NCBI GenBank assembly: GCA_963821525.1
Contig: CAWGED010000004.1
Span: 320,001-384,000 of the forward strand
DNA from: an uncultured Gemmatimonadales bacterium
GTDB taxonomy: Bacteria; Gemmatimonadota; Gemmatimonadetes; Gemmatimonadales; GWC2-71-9
Direction: 5' to 3'
DNA: 64,000 bases
Shown here one piece after another: positions 41,335 through 51,468 of this stretch (positions are counted from its first letter, which is position 1; every line of letters begins with the position of its first letter). The position numbers and the translations under genes are program-made. The notes under the pieces were generated by a model that saw only the letters and a program-made list of their open reading frames with translations, had not been told where the DNA came from and did not search any database.

Positions 41335-41927
41335 TCTTCGGGTGTTGAACCTGTGGATTCACATCTCCACATCGTGTGGAGATGCTCGTTACTTGCCTTG
41401 CAGGACGTGAGTTAGTAATCCACAAATCCTCCACTCGAAGTTGTCTAACCCGAATAAAATCAGGCACTTGCGGGGTTCTTCCACGTCGGTATCTTGGAGA
41501 GAACCGCCAACTGCAGCGCGTCGGAACCCCCTGTTCTGAAAGCGGAGGCTGGCGAGTCTGAGCGGGATATCAAGGTAGACCGTCTACGTACAAGGGCTCG
41601 GACGGTCAAAGACCTTGGTGATCGCCCCGGTTCAGGCAGATGAAGCCAGTCGCGCGCTTCATCCACCCCGATCTAGCGCCTCGGGATGCAGTGCGAAGGG
41701 TCGGTCCGCGACCCGATCCGACTCGCAGCGCTCGCGCAGATGAACCAGGTGGGACGGCCATCCGGCCTGGGGATCCAAGCCAAGGCCCCACCCCAGCCCT
41801 ACCGATCGGCGGAACAGCCAACCGGCGGCAGGTGGGAGAAGAACGGCAGCGCAAGCTCCGGCCTCGGGTAGTCAGCGTGTGAAACGGTCACCAAGCCCCC
41901 GTGCCTGGTGGCCGTTTCGTATTTCTG

Positions 41928-42809
41928 TCACTGGGTGGGTTCGGTTCCCCAGTCGCTCGAACCGCGATAGACCCGCCGTCGGTCCAGCTCCCAGATCCCC
42001 CGACTGCTCACACTTCCCCCCTCCGGAAAATTGGCCGGGGTATTCAACGCGTCCGCCATGGAACGGGCTTTCGCACTGGCGTTATCCGCATAGTGAATGA
42101 CTTCGGCCTCGAGTGTCATGGGATGCACCGGGGCGCCGAACTCGAGCTTGCCATGGTGAGACAGGATCAGATGGTGCAGCACCGTACGCTCTTCGGCTGA
42201 ACAGGGTGGTGAGCTCTGCTGTTCCAGCTTCCGGTCGAGCATGAGAGCGCCGAGTACGATGTGCCCCATCAGCGATCCGGCGGTGGTCATCTCGAAGCAT
42301 CCATTCCACCGGTAGCTCTCGGTCTTCCCGATGTCGTGGAGCAGGATGCCGGCGATGATCAGGTCGATGTCGCCGCCGCAAACCTCGGCGATCCGTCTCC
42401 CGATTGCGGCCACTTCGCAGGTGTGCTTGAGCAGCCCTCCCAGCTCGGCGTGATGTCCTGAGAGACTGGCGGGACACTCCTGGAAGCGGCTGCGAAAGCC
42501 GAGATCGTCATAGAAGAGGGCCAAGGTCTGTCGGAGGCGGGGACCACGGACCTGGTTCCGCCAATCATCAAGCAGAGCCCACCAGGGAGTGACCTCTCCG
42601 ATGGACGGCATGAGGTCCCTCCACTCGATTCTGTCTGGTGCGATCGGTTCGATCGATGTGACCTGGAGCTGCTTCCGGTCGCGCCAAATGCTGATCTGGC
42701 CGGCGACGGCGACCGGATCCCCTCGCTTGAGCCTCAGAATCTGGTCGCTGAGGGGAGGCCAGAATGGCGCGGTTTGGATTCTCCCCCTTCGGTTTCCCAG
42801 GGTAAGCAA
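41928..42809 (-). CDS. OB-fold plus HD domain protein (YhaM/Cbf1 3'-5' exoribonuclease family); real start probably further upstream
   Basis: PAS...HHAELGGLLKHT, LLHDIGK, ILSHHGKLEFGAP..PMTLEAEVIHYAD. Confidence 0.85.
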   Translation of the reverse strand: MLTLGNRRGRIQTAPFWPPLSDQILRLKRGDPVAVAGQISIWRDRKQLQVTSIEPIAPDRIEWRDLMPSIGEVTPWWALLDDWRNQVRGPRLRQTLALFYDDLGFRSRFQECPASLSGHHAELGGLLKHTCEVAAIGRRIAEVCGGDIDLIIAGILLHDIGKTESYRWNGCFEMTTAGSLMGHIVLGALMLDRKLEQQSSPPCSAEERTVLHHLILSHHGKLEFGAPVHPMTLEAEVIHYADNASAKARSMADALNTPANFPEGGSVSSRGIWELDRRRVYRGSSDWGTEPTQ

Positions 42810-43066
42810 GGTGTGGGGGGAGGTTCCGGCCCGGATCTCGACTTCCTGTATCAGAAAGACATCCGAGAGCTCGGTGCCTGGGGGGAGCGCGTGCAGCGGA
42901 GAGAGGGAACGGGTCAGGTCGAGACCTTCGGGGGCTGGGTAACGATCCGGGAGAGTGGTGTAATTTCGGTCGGGTCGGCTCGTCTCCCTTATAGCCAGGG
43001 GTTCGGTTGACCCGCTGGCGCGGGGAGACCCGCAAGATCATCGTCTCCGTAAATGGGATTCGACCG

Positions 43067-43459
43067 ATGAAGACGAGTCATGTTCTGGTGCTCGACCGGA
43101 ACCAGGCGCGTCGCGACGCTTTAGTCGGGGCGCTGAAGGTTGAGGGGCATGTGCCGGTGGTGGTGGAGAGCGGGGCGGATGCCGCCCGCGCCCTCGCGGT
43201 ACCAGGGCTAGATCTCCTGGTGATTGACTTGGCGATTCCGGACCTCGCCCTGGGGACGCTCCGGGCGGCGCTGGGACCCGAGCAATCGGCCGAGCCCGAG
43301 CCTCTGGAAGCGGTGGAACGACAGCACATCGCGCAGGCCCTCAAGTTCACTGGCGGCAACAAGAGACGTACGGCCCACCTGCTGGGTATCGCCCGCTCCA
43401 CCCTCCTCGCCAAAGTACGGAAATACCGGCTCGACGCGGGGCCCGAGACCCCGGAGTAG
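43067..43459 (+). CDS. Short receiver-like plus Fis-type HTH regulator
   Basis: VLVLD...DLLVIDL; LEAVERQHIAQAL..GGNKRRTAHLLGIARSTL. Confidence 0.75.
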   Translation: MKTSHVLVLDRNQARRDALVGALKVEGHVPVVVESGADAARALAVPGLDLLVIDLAIPDLALGTLRAALGPEQSAEPEPLEAVERQHIAQALKFTGGNKRRTAHLLGIARSTLLAKVRKYRLDAGPETPE

Positions 43460-43479
43460 GATTTTCCTCGAGGAAAACC

Positions 43480-44058
43480 ATGGTGCGTTTCGCCCTTATG
43501 GTCCTGGCGGGCCTTGGAGTCACTGCGCCCACGCCCGCTGCTTCGCAGCTCCAGCTCCCTCTTCGTCCCGGGACAGTGCGTGAGGGCACACTCAGCTTTG
43601 ATGGGCACGCTTCGACCGGCGATTTCATAGGGAAGACTTCGACGGTAACCGGCGAGATGAGCGGCGGAGCCACGCTGCCGGAAATCAAAGGATGGGTGGA
43701 AGCGCCGGTCAAAACCCTCGACACCGACAACGACCGGCGCGATCGTGATCTCAACAAGTCGATGGAGTCGGACAAGTATCCGACCATTCGCTTCGAGCTC
43801 ACGCAGGCGGTAGCGCAGGGGACTCTGGCCGACAGCATGGACGTCGTCCTGCGGGGCCAATTCCTGATTCACGGGGTGACCAAGGAGGTCGAACTTCCCG
43901 CCACGCTGGTATTCCTCAGCGATGGCGTGAGAGTTCGCAGCACCACCCCGCTCAATCTCAAGGACTACGAGATCGGCGGCCTCAGCAAGTTCCTCGGCGT
44001 CCTGAAGATGTCGGAGAAGATCGAGGTGCATGTGGATGTGACGTTTGGGTACCAGTAA
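43480..44058 (+). CDS. YceI family lipid/polyisoprenoid-binding protein
   Basis: LDTDNDRRDRDL, KYPTIRF, LIHGVTKEV; signal peptide. Confidence 0.85.
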   Translation: MVRFALMVLAGLGVTAPTPAASQLQLPLRPGTVREGTLSFDGHASTGDFIGKTSTVTGEMSGGATLPEIKGWVEAPVKTLDTDNDRRDRDLNKSMESDKYPTIRFELTQAVAQGTLADSMDVVLRGQFLIHGVTKEVELPATLVFLSDGVRVRSTTPLNLKDYEIGGLSKFLGVLKMSEKIEVHVDVTFGYQ

Positions 44059-44151
44059 GGAGTAAGGAGTAAGGAGTAAGGGGTAAGGAGTGAAAAGGCT
44101 GATTACTCCTCACTCCTTACTCCTGACTCCTCACTCCTTACTTCTCACTCA
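44055..44151. repeat. Inverted heptamer array (GTAAGGA-type x5 ... TACTCCT/CACTCCT x6)
   Basis: Both convergent stop codons (TAA 44056-58, TGA 44151-49) are inside terminal units. Confidence 0.95.
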
Positions 44152-44577
44152 CTGCACCCTCACCCTCCCATATCTCGACACCACTACCTGTTTCGACCGA
44201 CTCCCTCGGCTGAGGCTGTACGTGGCGTTGGCCAATCCGAAGGCGACGCCGATGGGAGCGAAGGGGATGGTCCGAGTGCCGCCGCCGAGTGTAACGCCAG
44301 CGTTAGCCGGCCCGGCGGCGGACCAGCGGAACAGGGTGTCTACTCCATCAATCACGTCGAGCCGGAGGCTGTCGCTGCGAATGGTGAGCAGGGCTACTCG
44401 CCCTTCCACCACCGCTGTGAGCCGCGCCCTGCTGTGGGCGGCAGTGATCTCGTAGGCCGCCTGATCGACGAGAAAGCGGTTTCGCAGATCTCCCGCTGAA
44501 GGCAGGGCGATCAGGCAAACCAGGCCCGCGATGACGAGCGCGAGCAGCATTTCAACCAGGGTGAGTCCGCGAGGCAT
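44149..44577 (-). CDS. Prepilin-type N-terminal methylation protein (FimT/GspH-like)
   Basis: RG-LTLVEMLLALVIAG, ARLTAV, SRYGRVR. Confidence 0.8.
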   Translation of the reverse strand: MPRGLTLVEMLLALVIAGLVCLIALPSAGDLRNRFLVDQAAYEITAAHSRARLTAVVEGRVALLTIRSDSLRLDVIDGVDTLFRWSAAGPANAGVTLGGGTRTIPFAPIGVAFGLANATYSLSRGSRSKQVVVSRYGRVRVQ

Positions 44578-44715
44578 GCCACACGGTGGCACGAAGCCGC
44601 GGTCCTTCCATCATCATTGTGACGCGGCATCGCATCCGATCGACGCGGCCTTGCATGGGCTCGAACTCGCGCTCATACTAGCGCAGGGATTCCTCTCCTT
44701 CTCACCCGACTTCCC

Positions 44716-45347
44716 GTGTCCGCGCCCAGCTCACACGCCACCGATCCACTCGGCACTCTGCGACAATACGCGGCGCTCGCGCCGTGGAGCCTGCGCGACC
44801 TTTCCAGCATGGCTGGAGCGATCCTCGAAGCCTCGGCGACCTTTCCGGTGAACGCGACGGCGCGGCAGCTGCCGACCGAGCGCACCATCCGGTTCTACGT
44901 CACCCGCAAGCTGGTGAGCCCGCCCGAGGGGCGAGGCACCGCCGCGACCTACGGTTATCGGCACCTGTTACAGGTGCTGGCCATCAAGCTGCAGCAGATG
45001 GAAGGCGCTACGCTGGAGACTCTGGGGCGGGAGTTTGCCGCGACCCCCGGCGATGTGCTGGAACGGCGGGTCGCCGCGGCGCTCGGACCGCGACTCCTGT
45101 CTCCCGCGCAACTCCCGCTCGCTGCCGTGACCACGGCACCCCGGGGGAAGGTCGGCCGGGCAGTTCACACCTGGACCTCCCTCACTCCCCCTCGGGAACC
45201 GGCCACCAACCGGCCGCGGACCTGGCGCCGCATCCTGCTCGGGCGGGGAGCCGAACTTCTGGTGGACGACGAGCATCCCCTCTTTGCCGGAGGCGACGAA
45301 GCGAGACTGCAGGCGCTGTTTCAGCGAATCTCTCTCCGATGCGGTAG
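44716..45347 (+). CDS. MerR-like HTH protein (3' end uncertain, probable indel near 45335)
   Basis: PTERTIRFYVTRKLVSPPEGRGTAATYGYRHLLQV. Confidence 0.75.
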
Positions 45348-45416
45348 ACGGCCGTCCCTCGCCGTCCTCCCGCTGATCCCCTACTTTTCGGTCATTCCTT
45401 CCACGCGAGAAGTCCG

Positions 45417-45986
45417 ATGGGCCTCATACTGCTGGTCATCGTTGTCGCCATCGTCCTGTGGATTATCGGCGCTTACAACAAGCTGATCTCCCTGAAGAAC
45501 CAGGTGGTGAACGCCTGGAAGCAGATCGACGTGCAGCTCAAGCGGCGCCACGATCTGATTCCCAACCTGGTCAACACCGTGAAAGGGGCGATGGATTTCG
45601 AGCGCGGCACCCTCGAGGCAGTGATCGCAGCTCGTAACAAGGCCGTCAGCGCGACCGGCGTCGCCCAGGTAGCGAAGGCCGAAGGAGAGCTGAGCCAGGC
45701 GTTGGGGAGGTTCTTCGCGCTGAGCGAGAACTATCCCCAGCTCAAGGCGACGGAGAACGTGAAGCAGCTGCAGGAAGAGCTCACCAGCACGGAGAACAAG
45801 ATCGGCTTCGCGCGGCAGCTGTACAACGACGTCGCCACCGAATTCAATACCAAGCAGATGCAGTTCCCGACCAACCTCGTGGCCGGACTGGCCAAGGCGG
45901 AACCCGCCGAATTGTGGGAGATCGAGGACGCGGGTGAGCGGGCGGTGCCGCAGGTGGATCTCTCGATGCAGAGGCCCGCACAATGA
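45417..45986 (+). CDS. lemA: LemA family protein
   Basis: NAWKQIDVQLKRRHDLIPNLV, ENYPQLKA, TENKIGFARQLYND. Confidence 0.95.
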   Translation: MGLILLVIVVAIVLWIIGAYNKLISLKNQVVNAWKQIDVQLKRRHDLIPNLVNTVKGAMDFERGTLEAVIAARNKAVSATGVAQVAKAEGELSQALGRFFALSENYPQLKATENVKQLQEELTSTENKIGFARQLYNDVATEFNTKQMQFPTNLVAGLAKAEPAELWEIEDAGERAVPQVDLSMQRPAQ

Positions 45987-46096
45987 GTCAATGATAGAAA
46001 TGGCGGAATGGCGGAATGGGAGAATGAAAGAATGACACAGTTGCCCAGCCTCTCTCATTCCTCCATTCCGCCATTCATCATTCCGCCATTGCAATG
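45984..46096. repeat. Inverted 8-nt array (ATGGCGGA/ATGGGAGA/ATGAAAGA ... TCCGCCAT/TCCTCCAT)
   Basis: Fills the lemA-htpX gap. Confidence 0.85.
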
Positions 46097-47137
46097 ACCG
46101 CCCCCAATCTCTTCGAACAACAGGCCAGCAATCGCCGGCGATCCTTCTGGCTGGTCGCCGGTTTCATCATCTTCTTCGCCTGGGTGGGCTTCGGAGGAGA
46201 CGCGGGACTCTATCTCGAAACCCGCGACGCGCCCGCCGGCTCCTATCATCACTTCATTCCCTTCATCGGCATCGTCGTCACGCTGATCGCGGGCGGCGTG
46301 TGCTGGTATTCCTGGAAGAACGGCGCAAATCGCGTGCTCTGGGCAACCGGCGCCTGGGAGGTGATCGAACCGGCGGATGACGATCAGCGCCGGCTGGTGA
46401 ACGTGGTCGAGGAAATGGCCATTGCGGCAGGCTTGCCGAAGCCGCGGGTCTGGGTGGTTCCCGATTCCGATCCCAACGCGTTCGCGACGGGCATCGATCC
46501 GCGGAGCGCCAGCATCGCGGTGACCGAGGGCCTGCTGCGCACGCTCAACCGCGAGGAGCTGCAGGGTGTCGTGGCGCACGAGATGTCACACGTGCGGAAC
46601 TTCGACACCAGGCTCATGACGCTGCTGGCCGGAATGGTCGGTGCGATCGCCCTCATGTCAGACGGGCTGGGACGCATGCTGCGAGGCGGTGTCAGGATCG
46701 GAGCGGGTCGCGGCGGCGGTGGTGGCGGAGGCAAGAGCGGCAAGGATTCGAGTCCAGTCGGACTCATCATCCTGGTAATCTGGGTCCTCACCCTGATCAT
46801 CGCACCGGTGATCTCCCGACTGCTTCAGGTGGCGGTGAGCCGCAAGCGCGAGTACCTGGCTGACGCGACGGCGGCCCAGCTCACCCGGAACCCCGGGGCT
46901 CTCGCTGCCGCACTGGAGAAACTCGCCGCCGCGAGTGAGCCGACCCGGTCCATCACCAACGGGGCGGCTCACCTCTGTATCGTGGATCCCACCTCCAACA
47001 AGTTCAGCGAGCGTGAAGGTGTGCTGGGCGACATCCTCGCCTCGCATCCTCCCATTGCTCAGCGGGTGATCCGGCTCAAGGGAATGGCCTACCAGCAGGC
47101 CAAGCGCGAGTCGCCCCCGGCCGCCGCGGCGAGCTGA
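46094..47137 (+). CDS. htpX: HtpX-like M48 membrane metalloprotease
   Basis: PNAFATG, ELQGVVAHEMSH, SRKREYLAD, SHPP. Confidence 0.9.
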   Translation: MTAPNLFEQQASNRRRSFWLVAGFIIFFAWVGFGGDAGLYLETRDAPAGSYHHFIPFIGIVVTLIAGGVCWYSWKNGANRVLWATGAWEVIEPADDDQRRLVNVVEEMAIAAGLPKPRVWVVPDSDPNAFATGIDPRSASIAVTEGLLRTLNREELQGVVAHEMSHVRNFDTRLMTLLAGMVGAIALMSDGLGRMLRGGVRIGAGRGGGGGGGKSGKDSSPVGLIILVIWVLTLIIAPVISRLLQVAVSRKREYLADATAAQLTRNPGALAAALEKLAAASEPTRSITNGAAHLCIVDPTSNKFSEREGVLGDILASHPPIAQRVIRLKGMAYQQAKRESPPAAAAS

Positions 47138-48651
47138 TGCGACTGCTGGCTGGCGTCGGCATCGCCCTGCTGGCGCTGGCCGGCGTCATCTGGCTGACCC
47201 GCCGTACCCATGCGGCGGTGCTGGGGCGGATGCGCCGCTCCGGGCGACGCGCCGTCCATCAGTTTCGAGCCCGGCTGGATCGGTACAAGCTGGTCGAGCG
47301 CGACATCATCCGCGAACAGCTGTTGCACGACCCCGAGATCCTCGCCGCGATCCAGCGCCACGCCGAGGAGTACGAGGAAGCGGAGTCCCAAGTCCGGGTC
47401 AGGGTCAACCAGTACATCGACGAGATCGTCCCCTTCTTCAATGTCCTCTCGTACTACCGGATCGGGTACAACACCGCCCGCCTGCTGATCAACCTGCTTT
47501 ACAAATCGAACATCGAGTACCGGGATCACCAGGCGCTGGACCAGATCCCCAAGCGGGACGTGGTGCTCTACCTGATGAATCACCGGAGCAACGCCGATTA
47601 TGTCGTCGTGGCCTATGTGCTCGCCCGGGTCGTGAGCATCAGCTATGCAGTCGGCGAGTGGGCCCGGACCTGGCCGCTCGAATACGTCTTCAAGAGCTTC
47701 GGCAGCTATTTCATCAGACGGCAGTTCCGGGAGCCGCTGTACCACACGGTGCTCGAGCACTACGTCCAGCTCATCACCCGGAACGGTGTCACTCAGGGGC
47801 TCTTTCTCGAAGGCGGGCTGACTCGTGATGGCGCCTTGAGGCCGGCCAAGATCGGGCTCCTCGATTACGTCGTGCGCACGATGCGGGACCCGGGCTTCGA
47901 TCGCGACATCTGGCTGGTGCCGGTCGGGATCAACTACGACCGGGTGCTGGAAGACCGTTCGCTGATCCGGGAGCGGATCGTAGGCGGGCGGCGGCTTTCG
48001 CGCTGGAGCCAGTTGACCGGCGTCGTGAGCTACCTGGGGAGCAACCTGCTCCGGCTGATCACCGGTCGCCTGCAGCGCTATGGCAAAGTGGCGGTGAGCT
48101 TCGGAACTCCAGTCTCGGTTCGAGCGTGGTTGGCGAACCAACCGTCCGGGCTCCTGGAGCTGCCGAAGGAAGTGCGCCTGCCCCACATGCAGCGTCTGGC
48201 GGACCACGCCATGGAGCGCGTCGGGCAGGTGGTACCGATCACGCCGGTGCCGCTTGCCGCTGCGACGCTGCTGTCGTTCGGCAGCGCCAGTCTGATCAGA
48301 CGCAACGAACTCCTCGAGCGGATGGATGAGATCAGGGACCGGCTCGCGGAGTTCAATGCCAAGATCGTGCGCCGGGAGCTTCCGGTTGAGGAGGTGTGGA
48401 ACCGGGCCTGGCTGATGTTCCAGATGCGGCGCCTGGTAATCTCCCAGGGCGACGAGTTCGTCATCCTTCCCAATCAGCGCCCTCTCCTCGAGTACTACGC
48501 CAACTCGATCCGTCACCTCCTCCCGCAGGAGGTGGTCGTGTGCCTCTCGCCGGTCGACGAGGCGGATCCAACGCTGCCGCGGCTGGCGTCGCGCGAGGAA
48601 TTGGACATCGTGACCCGGGAAATGCCCACGGGGAAAAGCCCGAGGCGCTAG
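47137..48651 (+). CDS. Glycerol-3-phosphate acyltransferase (PlsB-like)
   Basis: NHRSNAD (HX4D), GSYFIRR, FLEGGLTRDG, PVGINYDRVLE. Confidence 0.8.
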   Translation: MRLLAGVGIALLALAGVIWLTRRTHAAVLGRMRRSGRRAVHQFRARLDRYKLVERDIIREQLLHDPEILAAIQRHAEEYEEAESQVRVRVNQYIDEIVPFFNVLSYYRIGYNTARLLINLLYKSNIEYRDHQALDQIPKRDVVLYLMNHRSNADYVVVAYVLARVVSISYAVGEWARTWPLEYVFKSFGSYFIRRQFREPLYHTVLEHYVQLITRNGVTQGLFLEGGLTRDGALRPAKIGLLDYVVRTMRDPGFDRDIWLVPVGINYDRVLEDRSLIRERIVGGRRLSRWSQLTGVVSYLGSNLLRLITGRLQRYGKVAVSFGTPVSVRAWLANQPSGLLELPKEVRLPHMQRLADHAMERVGQVVPITPVPLAAATLLSFGSASLIRRNELLERMDEIRDRLAEFNAKIVRRELPVEEVWNRAWLMFQMRRLVISQGDEFVILPNQRPLLEYYANSIRHLLPQEVVVCLSPVDEADPTLPRLASREELDIVTREMPTGKSPRR

Positions 48652-48653
48652 TC

Positions 48654-49020
48654 GTGCAGGAGGACCTTCTGCTCGTGGCGGAGGACTGGCAGAGCCGCGC
48701 GCTGGTGCTGGCGGAGCTGCAGGAGGCGGGCTACGAAGTGAACGCACAGGCAGGGCTGCGGCGCGCGTTGAACCACCTCGCGCGAGATCCGGAACACCCT
48801 CCCCTCGTGGTGCTGGACCTCCACGGCGACGAATTCGCCACTCCCGAAACAGTGGATGCGCTACTGCCGCCTGGTGCCCAAGGCGAAGCTGATCCTCATT
48901 GTCGGGGTCTATGCGGAGCCGGTCTGGGATCGATTTGCTGCGGAAGGGAATATCGTGCTGCGGCGACCGGTCTCGGTCGGGGGAATTGTCGAGCAGGTGA
49001 AGCGGCTCTTGCCTCGTTAG
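48654..49020 (+). CDS. Atypical single-domain receiver protein; frameshift near 48870
   Basis: LLLVAED..SRALV..EL...GYEV...LVVLDL, then LRRPVSVGGIVEQVKRLL*. Confidence 0.55.
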
Positions 49021-50069
49021 ACCTTCATCCTGGCCAGCAGTTCACTCACGAAGGTACCCGGATCGAAGGGAAGACTGACCACGAGGTCGGCCCCTCCCTC
49101 CCGTGCGGCACTCCCATCTCCCGCCACCAGCGCCACCAGGGTGTAGCCTCGATCCGCCGCTGGCCGGAAACCTCCAAACGCGTCTGCCCCATCGCCCGCA
49201 GTGCCCATCAACACGACGAGGTTGATCCCCAGGCGCGAAGCGGACGCCTTCAGGCTCTCCAGTCGTTCCACCCGCTCCACCGAGAAGCCGGCGTGTTTGA
49301 GCAGCAGGCTCACGACCCGGGCGAGGTCTTCGTCGGGAAGAAACACCACCGCTTCGCCCAAGGCGAGCTGGGCAGTCTGGGTGCGGCGGGAGAGGTCAAT
49401 CATCGACACGCCTTCCACGTACTCCGCGGTCTTGTCATGTCTCAGGGTACTGACGCGCTGGAGTGTCTCCTGAATAGTCTTGAGCGCAGAGCGGATCGTC
49501 TCCAGCGACTCCCGCTGTTCCGGCGTGAAGGTGGCAGCGTCACTCAACAGCAGCTCGGCCTCGGCGGAGGCGGCCATCAGCGGGTTGTTGATCGTGTGAT
49601 GGAGGGTGACGTTCAGCTGTCCAATAGCGGCCAACCGCTCCGCATGCACCAGATCCCGCTCCGCCGCCGCGAGCGCTTCGCGAACGGCGCGGATCCGGCG
49701 CACCCGCTCCAGGACCTGGGGCAGCAGCTGGGCGAGCGAAGCGTCCTTCACGAGGTAGTCTTCCGCGCCGAGCCGGAGGGCCGCCGCGGCGATCGACTCG
49801 TTGCCATGCGCCGTGATCATGATGACGGACGGCTGGCCCGGAATCGTCCGGAGACTGGGGAGAAGCTCGATCCCGTTTCCGTCGGGGAGGTTGTAATCGA
49901 GGAGTACCACGTCGGCATCGGCGGCCCGCTCCACCGCCTCCTTGGCCGTGCGAGCGGTGCGGGTGGCGTCGAAACCTGCCGCGATTAGAACCATTTCGAT
50001 CAGGCGAAGAACGGCATCATCATCATCCACCGCGAGGACCCGCAACCCCGTGGTCTCAGGCACGCGCAC
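49017..50069 (-). CDS. Receiver - HisKA - degenerate receiver signalling protein
   Basis: VLAVDDD/LLDYNLPD/GAEDYLVK; AERLAAIGQLNVTLHHTINNPL; C-terminal GADLVVSLPFD. Confidence 0.8.
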   Translation of the reverse strand: MRVPETTGLRVLAVDDDDAVLRLIEMVLIAAGFDATRTARTAKEAVERAADADVVLLDYNLPDGNGIELLPSLRTIPGQPSVIMITAHGNESIAAAALRLGAEDYLVKDASLAQLLPQVLERVRRIRAVREALAAAERDLVHAERLAAIGQLNVTLHHTINNPLMAASAEAELLLSDAATFTPEQRESLETIRSALKTIQETLQRVSTLRHDKTAEYVEGVSMIDLSRRTQTAQLALGEAVVFLPDEDLARVVSLLLKHAGFSVERVERLESLKASASRLGINLVVLMGTAGDGADAFGGFRPAADRGYTLVALVAGDGSAAREGGADLVVSLPFDPGTFVSELLARMKV

Positions 50070-50322
50070 CCTCCGGATGTTTCTGGAAGCCTACCCGCGC
50101 GAACTTCTCCCAGCTGCTCTTTCCCCGCCAGGCATCTACCAGACCACGAAGCCGCCAATAGAGCGTCAGGAACCGCCAGAAGACAGAACCAGCTTACTCA
50201 TCAGGCAGGCTGACGCGAAACGGTGCAACGGGACCGGTCTCCCGGAAGCCGGACCGTATCAAAAGGCAAAGGCCGCCATCCGGGCGGCCCCCGACCTCGT
50301 GAGGGGTATACCCCGGAGCGGA

Positions 50323-51387
50323 TCACGCCCTTGCGTCGTCCAGGAAAACCAGCGCCTGTCTGCGCTTCACCGCGGACTCGAGCGCCTTGTACACGTCCGG
50401 GTCGATCACAGTCCCCGCCAGGTCCCGCATCCTCTCGACGGCAACGTCGGGCGGCATCTTCTCCTGATAGGGGCGCGATGTCGTGAGGGCGTCGTAGATC
50501 TCGGCCGTCGCCAGAATCCGGGCCCCCATGGGAATCGCGTCACCCCGGATCTTGTCGGGATACCCCTGCCCGTCCCAGCGCTCGTGATGGCTTCGCACGA
50601 AGGAGATGATTTCTCCCAGATGAGACAGCGGGGCGAGAATCTGTGACCCGACCACCACATGCTGCTTCACCGACTCGTACTCTTCGCTGGTGAGCGGGCC
50701 CTCCTTGTTCAGGACCTCTTCCCGAACACCGATCTTGCCGATGTCGTGCAGCCGGCCGGCCATCCGGACCCGTTCGACATCCTCGTCGTTCATGCCAAGC
50801 TCGGAGGCGATCATGGCGCCCATGTCCGCGACCCGGGCCGAATGCCCCCGCTGATAGGCGTCCTTTGCCTCGAGCGCATTGACCAGGGCCTCCAGCGTCG
50901 CGACCGAGATCCGCTCCAGTTTGCCCCGCTCCCGCCGCAGTTCGGCGGTACGAACGGCGACCTCTTCCTTGAGCCACTGGTTGAGGTTCTGCTGCTCGAT
51001 CATACTGTCGCGACGCCGGATGGCCCGGAGGATGGCGCGGGCCAGGTCGCTCAGGTCGATCGGTTTGGCGAGGTAATCCATGGCGCCACGCTGCATGCAC
51101 AGTGCGGCAGTCGTGGCATCGTTGACCGCGGTGAGCATGAGGATGGCGATCGCAGGCTCGATCTCGATGACCTGGGGCACCAGGTCGATCCCGCTCCGGC
51201 CCGGCATCCGTACGTCCAGCAGCACGCAGGCAATCTTCTGCCGTTGTAAGGCCTTCAGTGCCTCGTCTCCGGAGGCTGCGGTGCTGACGTCGTACCCTTG
51301 TTGTGTGAGGAATTTCTTCAGTGCGTTACGGATCGGCTCCTCGTCATCCACCACGAGTATGCTGATTGGCGCGTCGGACAAGGGCAC
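50323..51387 (-). CDS. Response regulator with HD-GYP cyclic-dinucleotide phosphodiesterase domain
   Basis: REC domain; GHSARV, LHDIGK, HHERWDGQGYP. Confidence 0.92.
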   Translation of the reverse strand: MPLSDAPISILVVDDEEPIRNALKKFLTQQGYDVSTAASGDEALKALQRQKIACVLLDVRMPGRSGIDLVPQVIEIEPAIAILMLTAVNDATTAALCMQRGAMDYLAKPIDLSDLARAILRAIRRRDSMIEQQNLNQWLKEEVAVRTAELRRERGKLERISVATLEALVNALEAKDAYQRGHSARVADMGAMIASELGMNDEDVERVRMAGRLHDIGKIGVREEVLNKEGPLTSEEYESVKQHVVVGSQILAPLSHLGEIISFVRSHHERWDGQGYPDKIRGDAIPMGARILATAEIYDALTTSRPYQEKMPPDVAVERMRDLAGTVIDPDVYKALESAVKRRQALVFLDDARA

Positions 51388-51468
51388 CGTGCCTCCGTCG
51401 GTCAGGACCCGCTGGTCCGCTAAACCTCAGTCCTCTAAGAATATATCCCGTGTCATCAAGCTGAAAGG

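Noticed and set aside
47089..49988. Long alternative ORFs (47089..48747 minus, 48396..49988 plus) and similar shadow ORFs elsewhere
   Set aside because: Antisense or off-frame to well-supported genes, as expected at high GC; only 48654-48870 appears truly coding
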